A DNA stretch of 64,000 bases, taken from positions 868,001 to 932,000 of the forward strand of contig MU008184.1 in NCBI GenBank assembly GCA_010909165.1, in the 5' to 3' direction. This stretch comes from Anthoceros angustus (taxonomy: Eukaryota; Plantae; Anthocerotophyta). A model generated the notes under the pieces. That model was given only the letters and a program-made list of their open reading frames with translations. It searched no databases and was not told where the DNA came from. How positions within the stretch are numbered: position 1 is the stretch's first letter; every line of letters starts with the position of its first letter. Positions 35,854 through 47,295 of this stretch are shown here, piece after piece. The position numbers were made by a program, and so were the translations under genes.

Positions 35854-36338
35854 CTTCCAAATGCCGTCTGAACCGAGCTATCATTTCACCGAATGCAAAG
35901 GATATTCCACCTAACCTCTTCGAATGATGAGCAGCCCAAGTGTTTTACCATAGCCACTTGTATAACATGAAACTTCTTCCGTAAGGTAATCTCCTCATCC
36001 ATACCTTTTAGGTCGAGCACACTCAACACCTTCTCGTCTACGATGAGTATCCGACCGCACTCTCCAGTGGAATCCTTGAACGATTTCCACGGCTTTGCTA
36101 GCATATCCTTCTTCACGTAAACAGGTGTCAACAACGAGCCTCCTCTTGTACCTTCCGTTGCCTTTGCCCTTCTTACTTGTTAGAACATTTTTTTTCCCAG
36201 CAATTCTCCAGCCTCCCATTTTGAAAATATTCGATCCACGTTGTCCCAAACCTTCCCCTCTGTTCGCAATGCATAAGATGTGGGTCCGATTGTCCACCTT
36301 ATTCGCTTGTAAACATCGCCTTCCGACCTCCGTCGTCC

Positions 36339-36850
36339 TCAATCAAGCCCAATACACGGTATAGGTTGAATTTCCAATTCATGGTCATCGGACATCATCT
36401 CGCCTGCAAGTAGTTCGCCCTCAAGTACCGACCGCTCAATGAAGGACATCTTCTTCCTTTGTCGACATCGACAGTGGTCCGCTGCACATCGCATTTCCGC
36501 CACCGCCCCACAAGACATACATGAGCTTCCACATATTGGAAGCGTGTTTTCCTCGAGATATATCGCCAAATGTTTCATGGCTGCAAAGGTATGGTTCCCA
36601 CCAAGAACGCCCATAACATATTTCTTCGCCCGAACCTTTCCACCCAACTTCGAGGTTGTCACACTCGTCGGGTCGATCATGCAAAGGAGAGGCAACACGC
36701 CCTCCTCAATCCTTCCCTTCGATATTACACGAGCCAAATAATTTGCCCATGCCTCGTCCACTCTCCTTATCGCGCATCTGGTGTAATATGGGATGCTGGT
36801 TTCAAATTCTCCAGCTTCACTAATACTGTTTCCTGAACCACCTTCTTGGA
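36339..36850 (-). pseudogene. ParB/Sulfiredoxin-like domain of the same cargo gene
   Basis: IRRVDEAWANYLARVI, PLLCMIDP, VLGGNHTFAAMKHL (GGNH in the position of the ParB DGxHR motif), then after a frameshift FQYVEAHV and MSFIER. Confidence 0.65.
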
Positions 36851-37278
36851 GTAAGCTGAGTCCCGAATTCGTGTCAAAGGGTCTGCATCTCGGATAGCAT
36901 CCTCCAGCCTTTCCTCGTCTGTACGAACATGAACAGTGGCAATGTTTTCCGGATGGTCCCCTTTTCCTCCATCTCTTCGACTTCTTCTTCCCACTACCTG
37001 CCGCCACATCGCCATCGCCGTCCGTCACCGGGCAGAGAGACATCCGTAGGTGCTCTTCCGCTTTCCCACCTCGCTCCACCACATCACCGCCTCCTCTTCG
37101 CCCCTCGGCGGGCCACCGGCCCGCCTCCTCCTTCTTCAACATGCGAATGGCACCGGGCGCCGGCCGCCGCGCCTAGTCCATCTCCCCAACGGAAATCGGA
37201 CAAACCGGTTTGGGTTTGGGGTCATCAGTCTTCCCCATCCGCTTGGGTCGGCCGGCCGGCGCCCGATTGTCATCCGTG

Positions 37279-37570
37279 ATCGATGCGACGGTAGGAACAA
37301 GGTCCGCAAAGTTCATGATGTCCTCTGCATCCCTATCCTCGTCTTGGTCGCTGACCCTTCTCCATCCGAATGACCCAAAGACCCTGGGATCGGGCCATCA
37401 TCCTCGCTGGATGGTCCCGTTCACTATCCGCATCGATGCGGACGGTAGGAACAAGGTCGCAAAGTTCATGATGTCCATCCCTATCCTCGTCTTGGTCTGA
37501 CCCTTCTCCATCTGAATGACCCACATCTCGGATCGGGCCATCATCCTCGTCGGATGGTCCGATTCACTAT
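37279..37570. repeat. about 150-bp tandem duplication encoding an acidic linker of the cargo protein
   Basis: Two copies of ACGGTAGGAACAAGGTC...CCTATCCTCGTCTTGGTC...GATCGGGCCATCATCCTCG. Confidence 0.85.
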
Positions 37571-37589
37571 CTCTTGTGCCGCTATCTCT

Positions 37590-37850
37590 GCATCATCCTC
37601 ATTCCTGCTGCTTCTCTCGCTCTCCTCATAGACAATACGCACTGTGCTACAACAAGATCCGACCTTTCCACACAACAATGATAAGAGCTCTTCCTACTGG
37701 GTGGAAACAAAGAAACATGATGCAAATCGAGGAGAAAGCACATCAAGTGACACAAACCGAACAAAACAAAATTCACAGTCCATGGCATATCTGCTTACAC
37801 TCGGTTGCCGCATTGCTTCAAATACCTCGACAAGCTCGGGAGGACCACAT
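37590..37850 (-). pseudogene. possible PHD/RING-like Cys/His cluster in the cargo N-terminus
   Basis: Joining two frames gives DCEFCFVRF.HLMC...PPSRKSSYHCC, i.e. C-x2-C-x4/5-H-x2-C...C spacing. Confidence 0.35.
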
Positions 37851-39315
37851 TTCTTAGCATGAAACCCAAGGACGCTGAGCTCATACGCCCTATACATTTG
37901 AGGGTCTTGAATCACTGCGTCAAACTCCTGAGGCCTTGTTGTGCAAAACAACGTGAACACCGGGTTCTTCTCGTCCATGTCCAGGGTCGCCCATACTACC
38001 CATCCAGCCCTCGCTCTTTGGTTAGGCAATGCTCCCCTGATAACCCATGATCCACAATTTCAACAGTGGAGTCCAGAAAACGTTTTCATCCTCTGGCTCT
38101 GCATCCTGTGTCACCATCCAGTCTTTCTCAAGAACAGTGACAGGATCCAGCTGAGCATTCAGACGCCGAATGATCACAGCCTCCTCGTAGGTGAAGGGCG
38201 AAGGAATCGGCACCGCCGCCGAGGCTTTGTGACTTCTCCACCCAGCTCCCCTCTTTCCACTGCTGGCCTCGCAGACGCTCAGCGGATTTCGCTTGCCCGC
38301 CGATGCATGCCCACCCTTGGCTTGCTCACCACCTCGATCACGCGATGGCTGCCTTTCCCAAGTCCTCTCGCACTAGCCGCCGCTACTCCCCGCCTGGATT
38401 TCTTCGCTTGGGAGGAGGTCACCGGCACGCCGCATCCGCCAAATCCTTCTTGCTCCGTCCGCTTGCCATCGCTCACCGCACAGCCCGCCCGTAACGAAAA
38501 CAAAGTTGCATCACTCACAAATTGGGCTTGAATGGAAATTGTGGAGTTCTCGCCGCAGGATGCCTTGTGCACCGTTGACACGGAACACGCTCTTTGCAAA
38601 GGCGACACCGTAGGTCCCTCCTTCACACGCCCGCCACACACCGATGGAGGCCTCTCTGACCGTGGAGCGTTCCGAGTGCGCAACAAAGTTGCGTGGAACA
38701 CCGCTACCAAAAGGACTCTTAACCTGGACGATTAGGTTACCGCTCACCACGTTAACCAAAGTTAGAAACCCCGATGTCGTGTGAAAGGCTGGTAGTTAAG
38801 TGGACCTTATTCTCCTATGCATGTATTTATGACACCTGACTTATCCATCGATTGCGGCGTTATTCTTATCCGCGTGGCGACCGCGATATCCGCGCCTCAT
38901 TGGATTTCCTCGCCGTTATGTGCAATGAAGTCGCGTGCAGGCGTGGGTACTAAGTCGGCTCGACGCAAACCACACTTACCAACCATTTCGCTTGCAAGGA
39001 GTCTACCCGTGACTTGTCGGCGACTTGACTACGGCAATGTTGCGCGACACACACGATATATGGAGGACGTGAGTGGAAAGTGCACCCGATGTGTCCGATT
39101 CATTTGTGCTATCACCATGTTAACCCGAAATGCACATTTGCACGCAGCATCGGCTTATGTAGAAGAACCCTCCCGATACTTGAGGCCCGAAGGACTTAAA
39201 AAGGGCGAGGAGGCTTGATCTTTGAACCCTCCGCCACCTCGCCTCGCCATCCTCCGCAAGGTTAGTGTGTTAAGGGGCTTGTGAAGAGTCCGTTATAGCA
39301 CATTGTGGGAATCGA

Positions 39316-42300
39316 GTGGATGTCACTTGTGCGAAAGACGCCGACGTCGGAATTGTCTTCGCCAAGTATGCCGCATGGTGTTCCGATGACGCCAAGAAAT
39401 CGAACTTGTATGCAGCCATAGGCAGCCTCCAAATGAGGAGAGAGTTGGGGTTGAAGGACGCTGATGTTCGCATGATTGCCCGCCGTGGCTTGTTCATGGC
39501 GATGGGTATGGGAAGGCAGAACATACCTGGTCCCGAGGAGCTAGACGGTCGTCCGATAGAGGTCCCATCGAGCGACGACTTCCAATCACCTCCGGAGGAT
39601 GATGTGCAAAGATCGTTTCACCAAACCTTTGAGCGAGACATTGCAGACGCAAAGGACTCGTCTGCGTTATGTCAAGACGGCAGCCCTCCGGTGAGGAGAG
39701 TTGGGGTTGAAGGGGCTGATGTTCGCATGATTGCCGTGGCTTGTTCATGGCGATGGGTATGGGTAGGCAAAACATACCGGTCCCGAGGAGCTAGGCGGTC
39801 GTCCGATAGAGGTCCCATCGAGCGACGACTTTCACCTCCGGAGGATGATGTGCAAAGATCGTTTCACCCGAAACCTTTGAGCGAGACATTGCAGGGCGTC
39901 AAAGGACTCGTCTGCGTTATGTCGGCGAGCGGCAGCCGCGTGTCGTTGAGGAAGAGTGAAGTGGACATTGTGACGGTGACTCGGAAACCTTGTTGCAATC
40001 GAGTAAATTGACGAAAGAAAGATTTCGAGCGGTATAGATTCATTAGAATGTGCAGACAAGAGCAGGAGACATTCCTTCAGTCTCTAGTCCATCGCGACAG
40101 GGACCAATGATAAAGGAAAAGTTGTCACTCATGTTATGGGGAGTGTTCCGATACGATGTTGTCTGAAGGCTTTCAGAAGGGTTTATTGTGTGGGACACAT
40201 CAGGTATGAGGAGTTGAAGGCTAGAGTTCTTCAGAACTCACCGTGGGATGGTTTCAGAACAAACCCCATACATGAGCCTCTCGCGCTAGGGCCATAGCTT
40301 GGATGGATGACTTTTATGTACATGGTGAGAGGCTCCCAAATGTGGAGGTTTTCAATCTTCCCGACACGTACACAAAATTAGAAATATGGTTGCTATACAA
40401 ACGAGAGTGCGAAAGGTCGTGGCTCGATATGTCACCTACGCGTGGTTCTTAAAGCTATGGAAATGCAACTACAGTGAAGATCCCAAAGTCAAACCGGTTC
40501 TCGACATGCTGGTGCGGATTGAAGACAACTATACGGAACTCAACACGAAGGTCGATCAAGGTACCGGGCACTCTTGTTCCTCCGCATCTGTCCTTTCTAA
40601 CCTTTTTGTGTGAACTACTGCGGTTTGTCGTGGCCGTCTGGTCCTAGGTGTCGGTGCCGTCTTGGAGGTTTGGGCCATCTTGGATGGAGGTTTGGTTAAG
40701 CGGTCGGCGCCCCTTATATCACAGAGTGGCGCCGGCAGCCGCCCCTCTCTGCTTCACGAGGGGCGTCCGACCGCTGGATGGTTAGTTGTGCACTCCCTCC
40801 CCTCCCCGCCTCCTCCTCCTCTACAGGGCCGGCCCCCACCCAATGTCATTACCAGTGGCCGCCGGCACCACCCTTGTTAGCAGTGAGGGGTGGCCCGGCC
40901 CTATGTCCCGCTGGCCACGGAAACCCTTGGGTGGAACTCCATACCGACCTTGGCTCCCACCTACACCAAAATCCGCCCTCATGTGAAGTATATGTGTAAT
41001 GATAAATGAGAGGGCATGACTAGAGTGTTTGCAAAGAATGGATTTTGAAACCGACCGTGAAGTTCTTGTTTTATATGATGAAATATCAGTCGCTATGACG
41101 ACATCGGGCCGCATTTAGGAACACGGATGGCCAAACACAGAGCAAAAGTTACGAGATCCGCATAAGTACATATTACATCTATAGATGGGATGGACCAAGA
41201 AAAGCGAGGTACCACACTTTTGAGGTGGTCAAGAACTGGATGAGGAGTCCCGCATCTCTCCACGTAGTTGGGTGTATGATTCACAACTACACGTATAAAC
41301 GAGGGCCTTCTTGCATTACGCAAATTTGAGAAATGACGCCAATTTTGACTATCATCATACGGATGTGATACACAACTACGAGGAGTATCAAGGTTTTATA
41401 CTTGCAATTGGACAACACTTGTCGGAGAACAAGAATCAACTTCTTTTGCATATCCGAACATGTTAGTGGATATGGGAACTTTTGAGAAAGTAAAGGTGGG
41501 GTTTCTTCTCGTTGGACATACTCATGATCAAATTGACCAAATGTTTTCATGTTTTCAAAGAGCTTGAAACAGGAAGCTCATACTCTCCGCATTGGCGGCA
41601 ATTTTGAAAGAGGCGTACACTCCAACACGGTGAGGTGAAGGTATTAACGGAGGTTCCAGGACTTCCGCTCCTATGTTTGGCCGTTCGACAAGGGGATGGA
41701 CGCCAAGCATACGAGTCAAGGTGCGAAATTGAACAACTGTCATTCCAAAGACCATCAAAATTACAAGAGAAGAAAACGACCGTGGCCTTGTGTGATCATT
41801 AGAAGCAAACAATATTCGACATCGCCACAATGGGAAGCGGAAGCCGGTTTGGAGTTTTTGAAGTTTGTCCCATCCACGACGTAATACACGACATCCCTTC
41901 GTGCCGTGATAAGAAAGGCACATCGTGGTTATCCCCAACCGAGGTGTGGCTCACTTGAAGGAGGGCCTCTCGCGCTTAGACCATATGTCACCGCAGAGGA
42001 ATATAAATGGTGGGAAGAATTTTGGGTGGACCAAGAGGAGATCGTTATTGTGGAGAATAATATAGGGCTCGCACTCCAAGACGCATGGAAGTGGTTTCGC
42101 GATGAAGTTGAAGAAACCGAGGTTCTTCACGTGCACGATGAGGCGTTGCTAGAGGAGGCTTTACTCGGGGACCTTCCCCAACGGATATGTACCTTGGTGC
42201 ATATCAAACCGTTGTTAGACAAGAACAAGAAACCGCGGTTGAATGGTGACATTTCGGAAATAAGGAAAGACATGTTCATTGCGTCCACACCACCGATGCA

Positions 42301-42328
42301 ACAGCCGTTTTGGATTGGCGGTCATTGA
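39316..42328 (+). pseudogene. DDE/D transposase, Sola-like, frameshifted, with a probable intron at 40561-41089
   Basis: KPCCNR; RAIAWMDDF..GERLPN..FNLP; VKIPKSNRFSTC; SIDGMDQ; LYLQLDN..ENKN; FLLVGHTHDQIDQMFS. Confidence 0.85.
39421..39937. repeat. about 255-bp tandem duplication in the transposase 5' part
   Basis: Two copies of GAGAGTTGGGGTTGAAGG...CCGGAGGATGATGTGCAAAGATCGTTTCACC...; GGCAGCC at the junctions. Confidence 0.88.
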
Positions 42329-42466
42329 TGTTCACTTAGATGCACCGATCCTCACTTTGTCGCTCATTGGTACATGACCGGATGCGTATGAAGGAAGGTA
42401 TGTTGAAGAATTTATAATCCGACATGAAGGGACCCAGTGTGAATCGGGAAAAAGGAGGAAAGCTAA

Positions 42467-45400
42467 TTTGCACAAAACGCATAAAAGGTTTTTGTGAACA
42501 AAACGGTGATCATATATTATGGTTTCAACTTGAATGCTCGCAAACATTTATATCTGTGGACAAGAAGGCGATCGGACTAAAATTAAATGAATTGCGCCCA
42601 TAAATGCCTAGCCAAAGTGGCCCGGAAGATAGTGAAGATAGTGGTGGTGATGCGAGCCTTGCGATGATACCAATTCGTAAGACGACTGGAGTTCATGAAC
42701 ATCTGCCAAGATGTTTTGTCTTATGTGGACACGTTTTTCTTCCCTTCCTCTCAATAAGTTTCAATAGATTCTCCAAATTCTATTGTCCGTGGAAGGCTAT
42801 TTTTCCCACCGCACTTAACGAAAACCGTTGTCTTCCGCCAAGTTCTCATTATTATGCACATAAAGACCGGTGGAAACCAGCCTTCCTAAGCATAGCGACA
42901 AATCCATACGACGAGACATCGATGAAGATGGTGTTCATGTGCAAGACGCATTGCAGCGTTAACCAAACCAACGTTGTTTGTATGTCCATAGGCCTCCTCA
43001 CCGACTGTCTCGATGTATGACTTCTTTGCATGTTACGGTTCACCCCAGCAAGTGGGGAACACTATTTCTCTTCCGTGTACAATGGGGCCACAATTACACA
43101 CGGTCAAAGGGTGTCCATGGACGAGTGAAGAGGCCGGCCGCGCCCGTAAACAAAGAGCATTAGGATTGTGTTTTCCGAAAACAGGGCCCGACATTGACCT
43201 CGACCATTGTACTAACGGCGAGTTGTACTTAATGGAAAAGGACCCGCGCACCATGTTTTTCGCTGAGTTGCGGTTTTGCTCATCGGTCTTCATCATCACC
43301 GCACAAAACGGTCGTCCCATCCGGGTCCGAAATGGAGCCAAATGGATGTATGAGGGGTTATCAAAACCCTTTGCCTCCTACATCGATACACGAAATTTGT
43401 GTGCAGCAGATGAACACCCTATTTTCGAGGCATTTTGGACCACACGATTCAAAACCCTAAATGGAGACCCATTGGAAACCCTCATTGCCGAATAAAAGGC
43501 AGAAAACCCCCATGGTGCATATTAACCTCCTTACAGAATTACCATGTTAAATCTATGAGATGTAAACTCTCCACCGTTGTCGGAACGTAAGGTCTTGAGT
43601 TTGTGATCTGTAAGCCTTTTTGCCCATGCCATGTAATCCTTGAAAAACTGATAAGTTTCACTCTTTTGGGTGAGGATGTAGGAGAGGCAGAAACGGAATA
43701 GTCAGAAAAGTTAAGAAATATCTACTACCACTAAAGGAGGTGTAGAGAGGGTCCACAAATCAGGTACTATCTCTAAAGGTGACTTGGCCCTTTGAGGAGA
43801 TGGATTTTTGAAAGGTTCCCGTGACGTTTTGTGAGGACACGGGTTTCGCACCAATCTAAGTTGTGAACCTTGGAGAGGCAGGTGTTCTATCTGAGTTGTC
43901 TCTAGACATTTGGAGTAACCGACTATTAGGATGACCTAATCTACAATGCGAGCATCGTGTGTGTTGGTTGCAGAATGTTGGGAGGCTACATTGGCCGGAA
44001 TGTGGCTCCTACTTTGTGACAATCTATAGAGTCCATCTTCTAAGATGCCGGTCACGAGATATTGTGTGTTCTATTCTTGAGGTAGGAAAGAACAACTATC
44101 GGCATATAAAAGGACACGCATGTTGTGTTCTTTGCAAAGACTAGCGGTGACACTAGGTTTTGCACAAAACGCATAAAAGGTTTTTGTGAACAAACGGTGA
44201 TCATATATTATGGTTTCAACTTGAATGCTCGCAAACATTTATATCTGTGGACAAGAAGGCGATCGGACTAAAATTAAATGAATTGCGCCCATAAATGCCT
44301 AGCCAAAGTGGCCCGGAAGATAGTGAAGATAGTGGTGGTGATGCGAGCCTTGCGATGATACCAATTCGTAAGACGACTGGAGTTCATGAACATCTGCCAA
44401 GATGTTTTGTCTTATGTGGACACGTTTTTCTTCCCTTCCTCTCAATAAGTTTCAATAGATTCTCCAAATTCTATTGTCCGTGGAAGGCTATTTTTCCCAC
44501 CGCACTTAACGAAAACCGTTGTCTTCCGCCAAGTTCTCATTATTATGCACATAAAGACCAGCGTGGAAACCAGCCTTCCTAAGCATAGCGACAAATCCAT
44601 ACGACGAGACATCGATGAAGATGGTGTTCATGTGCAAGACGCATTGCAGCGTTAACCAAACCAACGTTGTTTGTATGTCCATAGGCCTCCTCACCGACTG
44701 TCTCGATGTATGACTTCTGCGTTACGGTTCACCCCAGCAAGTGGGGAACACTATTTCTCTTCCGTGTACAATGGGGCCACAATTACACACGGTCAAAGGG
44801 TGTCCATGGACGAGTGAAGAGGCCGGCCGCGCCCGTAAACAAAGAGCATTAGGATTGTGTTTTCCGAAAACAGGGCCCGACATTGACCCTCGACCATTGT
44901 ACTAACGGCGAGTTGTACTTAATGGAAAAGGACCCGCGCACCATGTTTTTCGCTGAGTTGCGGTTTTGCTCATCGGTCTTCATCATCACACAAACTCGTC
45001 CCATCCGGGTCCGAAATGGAGCCAAATGGATGTATGAGGGGTTATCAAAACCCTTTGCCTCCTACATCGATACACGAAATTTGTGCAGATGAACACCCTA
45101 TTTTCGAGGCATTTTGGACCACGATTCAAAACCCTAAATGGAGACCCATTGGAAACCCTCATTGCCGAATAAAAGGCGTAAAACCCCATGGTGCATATTA
45201 ACCTCCTCATGCACTACCATGTTAAATCTATGAGATGTAAACTCTCCACCGTTGGCGGAACGTAAGGTCTTGAGTTTGTGATCTGTAAGTTTTTGCCCAT
45301 GCCATGTAATCCTTGAAAACGATAAGTTTCACTCTTTTGGGTGAGGATGTAGGAGAGGCGTAAACGGAATAGTCAGAAAAGTTAAGAAATATCTACTACC

Positions 45401-45832
45401 ACTAAAGGAGGTGTAGAGAGGGTCCACAAATCAGGTACTATCTCTAAAGGTGACTTGGCCCTTTGAGGAGATGGATTTTTGAAAGGTTCCCGTGACGCTG
45501 AGGTGTGGTTTCGCACCAATCTAAGTTGTGAACCTTGGAGAGGCAGGTGTTCTACATAGTTGTCTCTAGACATTTGGAGTAACTTCGACTATTAGGATGA
45601 CCTAATCTACAATGCCGAGCATCGTGTGTTGCGTAATGTTGGGAGGCTACATTGACGGAATGTGTGGCTTCGACTTTAACTGACAATCTATAGAGTCCAG
45701 CTTCTAAGATGCCAGTGCAGATATTGTGTGTTCTATTCTTAAGGTAGGAAAGAGAACAGCTATCGGCATATAAAAGGACCTGCATGTTGTGTTCTTTGCA
45801 AAGACTAGCGGCAGACACTAGGTTTTTGCACA
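42467..45832. repeat. about 1.7-kb tandem duplication spanning the transposon right end and the adjacent C2 integrase
   Basis: Units 42467-44158 and 44159-45832; TTTGCACA at all three breakpoints; ORFs 42604 and 44295 start identically. Confidence 0.92.
43519..43548 (-). repeat. right terminal inverted repeat
   Basis: Reverse complement reads AACATGGTAATTCTGTAAGGAGGTTAATAT. Confidence 0.92.
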
Positions 45833-47047
45833 TTGCAGGAACATGGAGGACTTGGTGAAGATGAAGAGTCGGCTGAGATCACATGGGCCTAGAGCTATGG
45901 GAAGGTTGTGATCGCCGGAGAGCAGTCGGATGTCCTGTGACTGGGGTGTATGACTCGAAAGAGTCTTCGTTGTAGCAGATATGGAATGTTGCTCCACTGT
46001 CCAGGTACCAATAAGCGTTGGCCAGCTTAGAGGACGCGATGCAGACAGTGAGCACAGTTGTTGTTGATGAAGAGCGTTTCTTCGTAGTTACGTTAGCTCC
46101 AGGCGGGGCCTCTGTCCTAGGGTCCCCATTCTTCTTCTTTCTGTAGTCCTTTTCCATGTGATTAGGAATTCTGCACCAATTACAAATAATTCCACTCTTC
46201 TTGTTACCCCTGGAAGGCGTGGAAGAGCTGGATTCGCCATGATATTTGTTTGGTGTGGAATAAGCAGGTCTATTGGAAGGAGAACTTTTTCCGCGTCCTC
46301 TTCCTCTGCCTCTTCGACGCCACATCACTGTCGGCTGGACTTGGGCTCATGGCGTGGACTCCTCCTGAATCATGGCTCCGATGAGTTCTGCGACGATGTC
46401 GAGGTCGTAAATGCGCATCGAGCCGAATTCTTTTGGGCTTGTCGAACCACGGCGTTACGTGGTGAGAAATGGTCTATGGAGGGTGGGAGGGATATCAAGA
46501 GAACAAGGAATGCAACAAGTTCGGAGGCGGAGGTGTTGGTGGCGACTTCATATTGAGATCTAGCTTCTTTTGGAAAGTGTTGATATGGTGTTCGGCGTTG
46601 ATTCCTTCATCTTGATTGAAGAAGTTGCGCATCGCTGATCATCATACTCATCACATCTCTTGAAGAATATAATCGAGCAAGGTGATCCCATACATTTAGA
46701 AGTTTTTGCTTGCATTGTCTTACCATGTTAAGTGCTAGTCCGATCGGAGGTCTTGAGCTTTTTCATCACAGCGTCGGTTTCTTTGCTCTCGGAGCCCCAC
46801 TATGGTCTGGGTGTGGACCCACTTACAACGTCCCATAGGTCTCGATTGCGGAAAAGTGCACGCGCGTTCGCGTAAGCGTCATCGCTTTGCCCATTGAATC
46901 ATCCTTCTCCTTAAAACTGTCACCATAGTTGTGATTCACCACGGAAGGTCGTACTTCATCTTTGGGTGGATCCTTCCTCTCCTCTCTCTCTCTCTTGTCG
47001 TCATGTTGTTGTTTCTCCTCTCGTTCGTCCACGTCGGAACCAGCCAT
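45228..47047 (-). pseudogene. C2 gag, protease and GAG-pre-integrase
   Basis: FKEKD.., CNWCRIPNHMEKD, WYLDSGATFHIC, RHCRLGHPN. Confidence 0.85.
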
Positions 47048-47295
47048 TGCAGGTGGTCACTCTGCGACAAGGCTGCGCGCCTCGCATTTCCTCATCATCA
47101 TGCGTAATCTTTGGGCGCAAGGAGCAAGGCAAGGAGGAATCTTTTCTCTACTGGCGTGTTTGTCAGGATGACAAGCAGCAGTAAGGGAAAGGTTGTGATG
47201 AAGACAGCTCAGCATGTGTGGATCAGTGTGCTCAAGGAGGCGCTCATTGAGATCACGCACTTCTCTTGATAAACCCTCTATGCTTGTTCTGCGTT

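Larger units (their letters stand above)
34143..43548 (+). mobile_element. Sola-like DNA transposon (9406 bp) with methyltransferase cargo
   Basis: TIRs AACATGGTAATTCTGTAA(A/G)GAGGTT(T/A)ATAT match at 28 of 30 nt; 4-bp TSD AAAT at 34139-34142 and 43549-43552; removing the element restores the C2 integrase frame (GGEFTSHRF-AEFC). Confidence 0.92.

Noticed and set aside
34461-37142. Bacterial or phage contamination, or a restriction-modification locus, as the source of ParB-MTase
   Set aside because: It lies between TIRs with a TSD inside a copia integrase, appears to have an intron, and no restriction enzyme or phage genes are visible.
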